A stretch of 64,000 nt of DNA from Folioceros fuciformis (taxonomy: Eukaryota). This document shows positions 23,505-32,565 of the stretch, one piece after another. The translations under genes were made by a program, and so were the position numbers. Below the pieces are notes generated by a model. It saw only the letters and a program-made list of their open reading frames with translations, was not told where the DNA came from and did no database searches. The stretch is taken from the NCBI GenBank assembly GCA_049999805.1, contig JBNGIO010006336.1, forward strand, positions 221,347 through 285,346. The letters run 5' to 3'. Numbering within the stretch: position 1 is the stretch's first letter; each line of letters opens with the position of its first letter.

Positions 23505-26500
23505 CTACTTTGGTCTGCCCCTACTCTGGCCATGCTTCTCATCACCAACCGTAAAACTATGCACGAGCCCATCCTTGTCTGCCCACGAGCTCTGACCTGG
23601 CTGCTTCCATGCACTGATTCTCTCTCTCATAGCCTGCACCTTCCGAGCCTGCTCCCACATCTGAGCACCAGTGAATATGTTTGACATCAACACGTACGCT
23701 GCAGCATCTTTGTCATCTATCTTGATTGCTTCATTGAAGGAATGGAGTCCCACCTCCACATTGCTCCACTTTCGACACGCACCCAACAGAGTGTGCCAAA
23801 CAGCTCTATTGGGCTGTAAAGGCATCGTCCTTACTACAGCAAGTGCCTCATACAAATGGCCTGCACGGCCCAGGAGATCTACCATGCATGTGTAGTGATC
23901 TTCTGTAGGAACAATGCCATTATCTCTGTTCATAGACTGAAAGAACTCCCACCCCTTGTGAACTAGTCCCGCATGACTGCACACCGTTAGTAGACTCAGA
24001 TAGGCGATACTGTCCAACGGTAGGCCATCAGCTTTCATTCTCTGAACCAAGTCAAAGACCACTTCACTGTCTCCCTGACAGGCGTATCCTGCAATCAGGG
24101 CATTCCAGACCACAAAGTCTTTTTCATGCAACACATCAAACACCTGCTGTGCATCGACCATGCTCCCGCACTTTCCGTACATGTTTATCAAACTGCCTGC
24201 CACAAACTGATCACCTTGAAGACCTTGCTCTACAATCTGTGCATGTAGTAGCCTTCCCAAATATAAAGCTGCCACATTTGCACATGCCTGCAGGAGGCAC
24301 ACATATGTTACAGAATCGGGTGCAGCTGCGCCTCCTTCCTGCATGGCACTAAAGAGGCGGAGTGCTTCGTGCTCCATCCTCTGCTGGCAATATCCTGCAA
24401 TCATGGCATTCCATGTCACTACATCTTTATGAGCGAGCCCATCAAACACCACCTTCGCATCTTCCAAGCTGCCACACTTTGCATACATGTTCACCAAACT
24501 GTTGGCTGCAAATACATCAGCTTGATGCCCTTGCTTTCTGATTTGGGCATGAAGCTGCTTCCCCTTCTCCAATGCCAGGGTGCCCACACTGGCACATGCC
24601 TGCAGAAGGCACACAAATGTCATGGTATCGGGTACAGCGACTCCTCCTTCTTGCATAGAATTATACAGAATGAGGGCTTCATGGCCCCTTCCCTGCTGAG
24701 AATATCCTGCTATCATGGCAGTCCACGTCACCACATTCTTGTCATCAAGTCTGTCAAAAAGTTTCTGTGCTTCGTCCAAGCTTCCACATTTCGCATACAT
24801 ATTCACCAAACTGCTGGCGACAAATACGTCAGCTTGGTGACCTCGTTCTCTGATTTCACAATGAAGTTGCTTCCCCTTCTCCAACGCAGAGGGACCAACA
24901 GATGCGCATGCCTGCAAGAGGCAAACAAATGTTACAGAATTGGGTATTGCCATGCCACCTGCTTCCATAGCACTGTAAAGGCGGAGGGCTTCCTGCCCCA
25001 TGCCCCGCTGGGAATATCCTGCTATCATGGCAGTCCAAATCACCACGTCTTTTTGACAAAGTCCGTCAAACAGTCGCTGGGCGTCTTCTAAGCTTCCGCA
25101 CTTTGCATACATGTTCACCAAACTGCTGGATACAAAAGCATCAGCTTGGTATCCTGCTTCCCTAATCTGTGCATGAAGCTGCTTGCCCTCCTCCAATGCC
25201 GAGGTGCCCACACTCGCACAAGCCTGCAGGAGGCACATAAAGGTCACAGAGTTGGGTACTGCTATGCCTTCATCTTGCATAGCACTGTAGACGTCAAGGG
25301 CTTCCAGCCCCTTACCCCGCTGGGAATATCCTGCTATCATGGCAGTCCACGTGACCACATTCTTTTGCTTAAGGCCATCAAACATCCTCTGGGCGTCTTC
25401 CAAGCTGCCACACTTTGCATACATGTTTACTAAACTGTTGGCTACGAAAACATCAGACTGATGTCCTTGTTCTCTAATCCGTGCATGAAGGTGCTTCCCC
25501 TTCTCCAATGCTGATATGCCGACACTTGCACATGCCTGCAAAAGGCACACGAATGTCACGGCATTGGGTACAGCATCACCTTCTTCTTCCATGGCACTGT
25601 AGAGCCGCAGGGCTTCTTGCCCCATGCCACGCTGAGAGTACCCTGCTATCATGGCAGTCCAGGTGACCACATCTTTCCGACCAAGTCCATCAAACAGCCT
25701 CTTGGCATCCTCCAAGCTGCCACACTTGGCATACATGTCCACCAAGCAGCTGTAAACAAACAGACCAGGCTCCACGCCAGTGGCCAACACAGCAGCGTGA
25801 ACCTCCTGCCCGGATTTCAAGTCTCCGCCCCTTGCACAAGCCTTCAGAACTGCTACAAACACGTAACTATCCGCCTTCACATCCGACCTGCACATCCGAC
25901 GATACAACGCTATGGCCTCCCTGGCTCGCCCCTGCTTCACATGCGCAGAAATAACGGAACTCCACATGAAAGCATCTGGCTTGTCAACCACTTCAAACAC
26001 ATCCATTGCGTCTTTCAACCTGCCATTAGAGGCGTACAACCGCAAAACAAAGTTGCACATGAACGTCTCCGCCTGGTACCCCATCCTCACCATCAAAGCA
26101 TGCATGCGGATGCCCAAAACAAGATCGTTCTCCAGTACACATTTCTTCAACACTTCGCAAAACAGTGATTTGGAGATACAACAGTCCTTCTGCACCAAAA
26201 CTCCCAGACCCTCAACAGCTTCAGCGAGGTGGCCATCACAACACAGCCTGTTCACCATCCCACCTGTCACAATGCCGTCGTCACCTGCAGGCCTGCCTGG
26301 TATCTCCGAATCCAGGGTAGCACGCTGCGCATCCACCCAGCCTAGCTGATACAAAGTGTTTAACCAGAGGACCTCCCGACACTGCCTCTGCCAGAAGTCG
26401 GGCACCCAAAGGCTTTCCCCACTTCGCCTGCTATCCAAACCAAGCGTGGGGTCCCGGTATCCACACACTCGTCCAGCAAAAAATCCTCTGGGACGGGCTG

Positions 26501-26720
26501 GCGTTGTTGTAGAACTGTTGCTGCACCTCCCGAGTTGGTTGTGCGCCCACACTTGGTTGCTCGGAGTACGGGGGCCGGGAGCTCTTCCTACACTCATTGC
26601 CAAACCATGACATTGTTGCGGCCAGGAAGAAGGTCCCCAAAACACGTCCGTATAGCTGGACAGAATTCCAATGCTCCAGACACCCATTCCTTGAAGCTGA
26701 ACACCTTCAAGATTTGACAT
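23505..26720 (-). CDS. PLS-class PPR protein ending in E1-E2-E+ (PG-box-like), no DYW; candidate organellar RNA-editing factor
   Basis: 1071-aa intronless ORF. P-L-S triplets (VVTWTAMIAGY / VTFVCLLQACA / SLVNMYAKCG); HYTCMVDLLGRAG; YVLMSNIF; WKQPGQSSW...HSFTVGD then stop. Confidence 0.93.
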   Translation of the reverse strand: MSNLEGVQLQGMGVWSIGILSSYTDVFWGPSSWPQQCHGLAMSVGRAPGPRTPSNQVWAHNQLGRCSNSSTTTPARPRGFFAGRVCGYRDPTLGLDSRRSGESLWVPDFWQRQCREVLWLNTLYQLGWVDAQRATLDSEIPGRPAGDDGIVTGGMVNRLCCDGHLAEAVEGLGVLVQKDCCISKSLFCEVLKKCVLENDLVLGIRMHALMVRMGYQAETFMCNFVLRLYASNGRLKDAMDVFEVVDKPDAFMWSSVISAHVKQGRAREAIALYRRMCRSDVKADSYVFVAVLKACARGGDLKSGQEVHAAVLATGVEPGLFVYSCLVDMYAKCGSLEDAKRLFDGLGRKDVVTWTAMIAGYSQRGMGQEALRLYSAMEEEGDAVPNAVTFVCLLQACASVGISALEKGKHLHARIREQGHQSDVFVANSLVNMYAKCGSLEDAQRMFDGLKQKNVVTWTAMIAGYSQRGKGLEALDVYSAMQDEGIAVPNSVTFMCLLQACASVGTSALEEGKQLHAQIREAGYQADAFVSSSLVNMYAKCGSLEDAQRLFDGLCQKDVVIWTAMIAGYSQRGMGQEALRLYSAMEAGGMAIPNSVTFVCLLQACASVGPSALEKGKQLHCEIRERGHQADVFVASSLVNMYAKCGSLDEAQKLFDRLDDKNVVTWTAMIAGYSQQGRGHEALILYNSMQEGGVAVPDTMTFVCLLQACASVGTLALEKGKQLHAQIRKQGHQADVFAANSLVNMYAKCGSLEDAKVVFDGLAHKDVVTWNAMIAGYCQQRMEHEALRLFSAMQEGGAAAPDSVTYVCLLQACANVAALYLGRLLHAQIVEQGLQGDQFVAGSLINMYGKCGSMVDAQQVFDVLHEKDFVVWNALIAGYACQGDSEVVFDLVQRMKADGLPLDSIAYLSLLTVCSHAGLVHKGWEFFQSMNRDNGIVPTEDHYTCMVDLLGRAGHLYEALAVVRTMPLQPNRAVWHTLLGACRKWSNVEVGLHSFNEAIKIDDKDAAAYVLMSNIFTGAQMWEQARKVQAMRERISAWKQPGQSSWADKDGLVHSFTVGDEKHGQSRGRPK
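24250..25790 (-). repeat. 312-bp tandem repeat (one 104-aa PLS triplet) x5 inside the PPR gene
   Basis: The motif ta(t/c)cctgc(t/a)atcatggca(g/t)tcca recurs at ~24391, 24703, 25015, 25327 and 25639, a constant 312-bp spacing. Confidence 0.9.
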
Positions 26721-27227
26721 CCCAGATCAATCATCCCGTTGGAGAGACCAGTCAGAACATAGCCTCATACATCTCTTGACAAATTGTTGAACTGTTTTTC
26801 AAAAATCAGTGGGAGAATGTCGGGTGCCAAGAGGTGATGACGAGGGAAATGCTCCATCTGAAAGGGTACGGTTAGACCGCTTGCCACCAACAAAGAAATC
26901 ACCATGGAGATTCCTTTCAGTGAGGAACAGCTAGCACACGAAGATTACCGAAACCCTCGGACAACAAGCTTGGTGGGCGGGAAAGATGTGAGCCTTCTTT
27001 ACGATGGAGTGAAGCATTTAGTCTGTTGCAAGGGAATAAGAGAGAGCTTGGAAGAGAAACTTCCTGGCAGCTCCTGGTCTGCCGGCTAAACCGAAATGAA
27101 CCAGATGAGCCTCTAACTTCAGTCCAGAAGCGTGCTGCTCCTAGATGTCATCGAACGGCATTACAAAGTCGATCGAGGCGATTCCTCTTGTCATTGCCGT
27201 CTGCTTCTTGATCGCAGCGCAAGCATC

Positions 27228-28631
27228 ATGGCTTCATTCAGTTCGGCGTCTGTGGCTTGCTACCATCTGCGTGCGGTCGTCGCATCATCCCGGAGAGAGC
27301 TTTCTGCTGTGGAGAATCGCGCGGGGCTGCGAATTGCGCCTCTGCAATTTGCAATGAAACCTCTCGAGGCCCTGATCAGACCAGTTTTTGGAGGCCCGAA
27401 GTCATGCGTGAGTGCGAGAGATAGCCCTGGTTCTTCCTTTCCCTCTGAGTCCCCTGCCCCAGTGGAAGAAGATGAGGTCAAGGAGGATGTGACGGCTGAA
27501 GGCCGGCCTGTCAGCCGCCTGTCGCAGGCGGATTTTGTGAAGGAGGCGGTTCGGAGGCTGTCGCAGGAGGATCTGGAGGTGGCAGTGCGCAAGTACAAAT
27601 TGGAGGACGAGCTGTTCGCGGAAGTGGATTATGCACAGGTGAATGCCTTCACTGATCGGGCCTTCAGTGGCAATCCGGCTGCCGTCTGCTATCTCCCCTA
27701 CGCCGACGACGCCCGATGGCTTCAGCTGATTGCGCGAGAATTCAATTTGTCGGAAACGGCCTTTGTTGTGAAGCGGCAAGGCTCGCAACCAGTGGAAGGG
27801 CAAGCGGACTTGGACGATCATGAGACTGAGGAGGAGCCCGCCGCTACGGAAGAAGTCACCGACTTTGATCTCCGGTGGTTCACGCCAAGAGTGGAAGTGG
27901 ACCTGTGCGGCCACGCTACCCTAGCTTCAGCTCACCTTCTGTTCGCTGCGGGCGTCGTGGAAGGCGACGTCATTCGCTTCCATACCAGATCAGGGATTCT
28001 ACAAGCCAGGAAGGTGCAGGGATACGACGAGTCGGTGGAACAAGGCAAGAAAAGACCTTCAGGCAAGGGCGTGGTGGAGCTGGACTTCCCTATTTCAACA
28101 GCAACACAAATCGTCGGCGATCAGGTGCGGAAGCTTGCCACCGCGCTGGGGCTTGAACAGCAGCAAGTGGTTTGGGCTGGAGCCACTAGTCTTGGTGATT
28201 TCCTTCTGGAACTAGCGTCCTGGGAGCACGTAGAGGGGGTAAAACCCGTGCTACATCTGCTGGACGACTTGCCCGGCCGGGGTGGAGTCGTGGTCACTTC
28301 CCGCGCCAAGCCCGGCAGCGGCTACGACATCGTCTCCCGCTTTTTCTGCCCTAAAGCTGGCATCGCTGAAGATCCTGTCACAGGCAGCGCGCATTGCACG
28401 CTGGGCTGGTACTGGTCCTCCAAGCTAGGCAAGAGCAGTCTGGAAGCCTACCAAGCGTCGGAGCGTGGCGGCTCCATTTCCGTCCGCGTGGACGAGCCGG
28501 CGGGGAGGGTGTTTCTCCGAGGGGCTGCTGTCTTGGTCATGGCTGGCGTGATTCTCAACCCTGTTACTCCGGGATCGGGATCGGGATCGGGATCAGGGCC
28601 GTCTGAAAGTGAGGATGACTTCCCCTCGTAG
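27228..28631 (+). CDS. PhzC/PhzF-like (diaminopimelate-epimerase-fold) isomerase with probable plastid transit peptide, intronless
   Basis: QVNAFTDRAFSGNPAAVC, EFNLSETAFV, LRWFTPRVEVDLCGHATLAS, RFFCPKAGIAEDPVTGSAHC, YQASERGG. First ATG at 27228 (MASFSSAS). Confidence 0.93.
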   Translation: MASFSSASVACYHLRAVVASSRRELSAVENRAGLRIAPLQFAMKPLEALIRPVFGGPKSCVSARDSPGSSFPSESPAPVEEDEVKEDVTAEGRPVSRLSQADFVKEAVRRLSQEDLEVAVRKYKLEDELFAEVDYAQVNAFTDRAFSGNPAAVCYLPYADDARWLQLIAREFNLSETAFVVKRQGSQPVEGQADLDDHETEEEPAATEEVTDFDLRWFTPRVEVDLCGHATLASAHLLFAAGVVEGDVIRFHTRSGILQARKVQGYDESVEQGKKRPSGKGVVELDFPISTATQIVGDQVRKLATALGLEQQQVVWAGATSLGDFLLELASWEHVEGVKPVLHLLDDLPGRGGVVVTSRAKPGSGYDIVSRFFCPKAGIAEDPVTGSAHCTLGWYWSSKLGKSSLEAYQASERGGSISVRVDEPAGRVFLRGAAVLVMAGVILNPVTPGSGSGSGSGPSESEDDFPS

Positions 28632-29062
28632 ATTCTGGGATCCTATGTGAAGCCAAGCAATTTTGAATGTGGACGGTCTAGTGCGCTTTTACTTCTCCGA
28701 TTTGACTCTGTTCTCCTTTGAATCTGTTTCTTTCCCTAGTTGGGCGAGTCAATCCTCAGATTGAGTTGGATCTGAGAATGTTTCAAATTTTCAATCGAGA
28801 TGTCACATGATCCGAAACACGTTGAGGCAGCGCCTTGGTTGAAGAAAGTTTTATGATTCGCTAAACCCTAAACTTCGTCGAGACGGGAGCACGAGAGAGC
28901 TCGCACTGGAGGTGTTGATGCAGATCTCTCACGGCCATCCTGCGATGCGTTTGCCCTGTGCAAAGCATAACTGGAGAACATAGACCCCTTGGAAACTCTC
29001 CTCGCGACATTCTTGAGACACATCCCCCATCCGGATTCAACCCGTCTGCGCCTCAGCTTCAC

Positions 29063-29762
29063 ATGGCGGACGATGATGACGGCCATCTGGAGGCAGAGGC
29101 ATTTGTGGAGACGGAACGCGCAGAGGCGATCATCGACCGAATCGAGCACAAAACTCGCAGAGTGGAGCGATTCATACGATTGTGCGTACTTCCCAGCCTT
29201 TTTTGTGCCAGGATCAGTAGGCCGGCCCCTACTGACCTGAGATCGTGGTGTGGACAGGGCACAGTTCACTGAGGCGTTGAGCACGTCCTTGGAGGATCCT
29301 CCCACCAAGACGAGGGATGATTTGTGTAAGGTGAGAAACCTAAGTCTTTTTTGCGAAGCCCGTACTTAGACGCGGCAACGCCAGGTGTGACCACAAGGAA
29401 GCTGAATTTTGTCCCGTTGTGTTTGATGAACAGTCTGCGAATTGGTTGGTGGTCCATCGTGCATTGATGGCTGCCAAAGATGTGGATTCTCTGCTGGCTA
29501 ATCTGGACTCGGATTACTACGACATTCTGATGAAGTGAGTTTATGAATCGGAGGTCGTCTGAATTGTCTTTCCATGTGGATGTGTCCCATGGCGTGAGTT
29601 GTTATCGCCACTTTCTTGTGATGCAGGTATGTGTACAAAGGGCTGTCAACAGGTGACAGGCCAACTTGTGATCAGTGTCTCCGACTACATGAGAAGCTTG
29701 TAGAGAAGGCTGGGATGGGATGTATTATGCGTGCCCTCTGTGATACCGCTAATACTGTCTAG
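29063..29762 (+). CDS. ARPC5: Actin-related protein 2/3 complex subunit 5, copy 2 (4 exons)
   Basis: Same exon layout as copy 1: FVETERAEAIIDRIEHKTR...SANWLVVHRALMA...YYDILMKYVYKGLSTGDRPTCDQCLRLHEKL...NTV*. Confidence 0.93.
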
Positions 29763-29930
29763 GCTGAGATGGCAACAGCACGAGGAAACGGACCTGGTAG
29801 CAGCATACTTTAAGTCAGTAGACAGGAGGTTAACTTTGAAGGTTAAACAGAGCTGGTTTTTGAAGAAACTGCCTGCCAGGGGCCTTGCACAGCGGAATGT
29901 TGGCGCTCTGTTCTTGGATCTGTAAATCAT

Positions 29931-32337
29931 ATGTTCCAGAAGCAAGCCGACTTCGACATGGAAGGAATGAGCATGCCGTTTAACTGGCCGAAATGCGGCC
30001 CCGCACTCCCGTCTCCAAAGCAACCAGTGCCGGATGTCGATGTCTCTAGGTTGCACATGGCTCGGGCCATGCTGTCCCGATCTCTAGGTTCCTTGGAGCG
30101 GGAGAAGGTGTCCAACTGCATCCGGGACCTCCGCCTCTACAGTCTGTCCGGAATTCTTCCTCATAGTAGGTGTGGCTTCCCCGATGCTCGTCCTGCTGAT
30201 GAAAGCGCTGTGTCTGCGGATGGACACATTTTGGGAGCAGAGCGGGCAGATGCTTGCAACAATCTGCTGAGAAATCCACCCTCGCCTCAGATGCAAGACT
30301 CAGCGCTCACATTTGAAATTGCTAGAAATTGTTCCTCGTTTGGGGCGGATGTGATCCAGGAGTCCAAGGAGTCGCTAGGGGATGAACTCAGGGAAGAGGG
30401 AGAGGATTTCATTGCGAGTTCTGTGGTGCAATGCTCTCCTGATTGCCAGGGTCCGTGTCCTTCCGTGTCGGGGCCTCCGATAAGCTCGTCCTGGGAGAAT
30501 TCTTTCGTATTGGTGGACTCTGGCAAATCAGGTGCTGGGTTGAATGAGGGATTGCCATGCTGCGGGTCTCAATCCTTATGCAACAGGCCCACTTCCGAGC
30601 CAGGACCCTCGGTTTCGCGCAAGAGCGCGTGGAAAAATGCTTCTGCAGATGTCGGTGACTCGAAGGAGACAGACGAGGTCGTGGCAGAGGCTCGTCGTTG
30701 GGCAGAATCCGGCCACTCGTCTCGAAGAACTGGGGAAGCTTGCGGAGCAACAGCTTGCACGCAGCAGGTTGGGGTTGGGGCGCGCGATTGTGAACAGCTG
30801 GCTAGTGATCAGGAGAGGAGGGAACCTTCCTGGCACCGTGAGTCCGAACGGGTAGGAGGAGGCAAGGGGAACTTCCCTGCTGGTAGCAGAGGAAGGAAGA
30901 GAGATGCCCACTTCTATGAATTAAGGCATGGGAGGTTTTTGGAAGGGCGGCTAGTTTATAGGCAGACATTCGTGATCAGATCGTACGAAGTTGGAGTTGA
31001 TAAGACCGCATCCGTGGACACTTTGACAAATCTATTCCAGGTAACCATCGGCACTATGCAGGGGACAAGCCTTGGCTTTTCCTGTGTCAAACCGTAAGAG
31101 AGGCGGTAATGCCGCGTGCAGGAGGTGGCATTGAACCACGTGTGGCTGCTTGGCATTTCTGGAGACGGCTTTGGGGCCACAGTTGCTATGAACAACCACC
31201 GGTTGATTTGTGTTGTAACCAGAATGCATGTGGAAGTAGAACGGTACCCTTCGTGGTAGGCTTAGTTTGGCAGCAACGCTTTTGTGAGCATGCAAAGCAG
31301 CATGGATTGTTGTGCTCTCACAAACGTGCTCACTGTTAAGCAATTTTCAGGAACGAGCTGGTGGATATCGACTCCTGGTTGGCGCCAGATGGAAGGCATG
31401 GATTGCGTCGTGATTGGCTTGTCCGTGACCATAAGAATGGTCACATCCTTGCTCGAGCTACGAGGTGAGGCCAATTTGTTTGCAACTTTTGGGCTAGACT
31501 GACAAAATAGGGGAAGAGCTCATGACGAACTGGCGATTTCAGTACCTGGGTGATGATGAACAAAGACACGAGGAAGCTATCGAAAGTACCAAAGGATGTG
31601 AGGGCAGAAATTGCTCCTTATTTCGCAGACAGAGCAGTGTTTGCAGAGCCTCCACGACGAGTCGAGAAGATTCGTGAAGCAGCCCAGTTCACTCAATCTG
31701 GCCTGCGGGTACTTTGCTCTCGAGCCTTCTTTTTTCACATGTTCTTGGGCACCTTTCGCCTTACTGAAGATGGGTTTAGCCCTCGCTGATTCAAGACGTG
31801 CACAAATATGCAGCCTTGCAGACGGGACATGGATGCAAACCAGCACGTCAACAACGTAAAGTACATCGACTGGATAATGGAGGTAATTCGCTGATGTTAC
31901 GGCTGGTCGTACCATGTTCCAACGAACATCTTTCCAAGCTGTTGACCTGGGTGCAGAGTATCCCTGCCTCTATACTGGCGACCCACGAGCTGAGTAGCAT
32001 CACAATGGAGTACAGGCAAGAGTGTGGAAGAAACTACGTGGTTGAATCCTTGACCAACCCAGAGACCCAGCACCCCGCTTCGGAGTACACGCTGGTAATG
32101 ACTATAGGTAGCGGCCAGGTGAACATCTCCCCAGTCAGGCAGAACAAGAGTTTTGCCTACTCCTCTCGGCCCTTGTCTTTCGACGGAGCTCCGGCTAGCC
32201 CCGTTGACGCCAGCCTCGTCCCTCTGCAGTATACTCACATGCTTCGAACTGCGACGGACAATGCTGAACTTCTCCGGGGACGCACGACATGGAGACTCCG
32301 GAAGCGTGAACGACACCTTCCATCCACCTACATCTGA
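29931..32337 (+). CDS. FAT: Acyl-ACP thioesterase (Fat family) with a long N-terminal extension
   Basis: YRQTFVIRSYEVGVDKTAS; ALNHV...GDGFGAT; RMHVEVERYPSW; RRDWLVRD; STWVMMNKDTRKLSK; DMDANQHVNNVKY; EYRQEC; GRTTW. Confidence 0.92.
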
Positions 32338-32565
32338 TGCTACCCACCTTGACTTCGATTCATACCCTCGGGATCCAATTTGACGTCGTTGGTAACTAGG
32401 TTTCATTGATGGGTCGTTGGACTACCAGTTCTATTCTCAGAGACCAAGTCCTTTGACTCCTCAGAAACTCAAAATCCAGGCCTGTCTCAGCGGTCAAGTC
32501 TTTTGGTCCACTGATGTGTGTATGCTATTTTGTGTATGCTAACCGCTTGTTTTCTCCATCTACAG

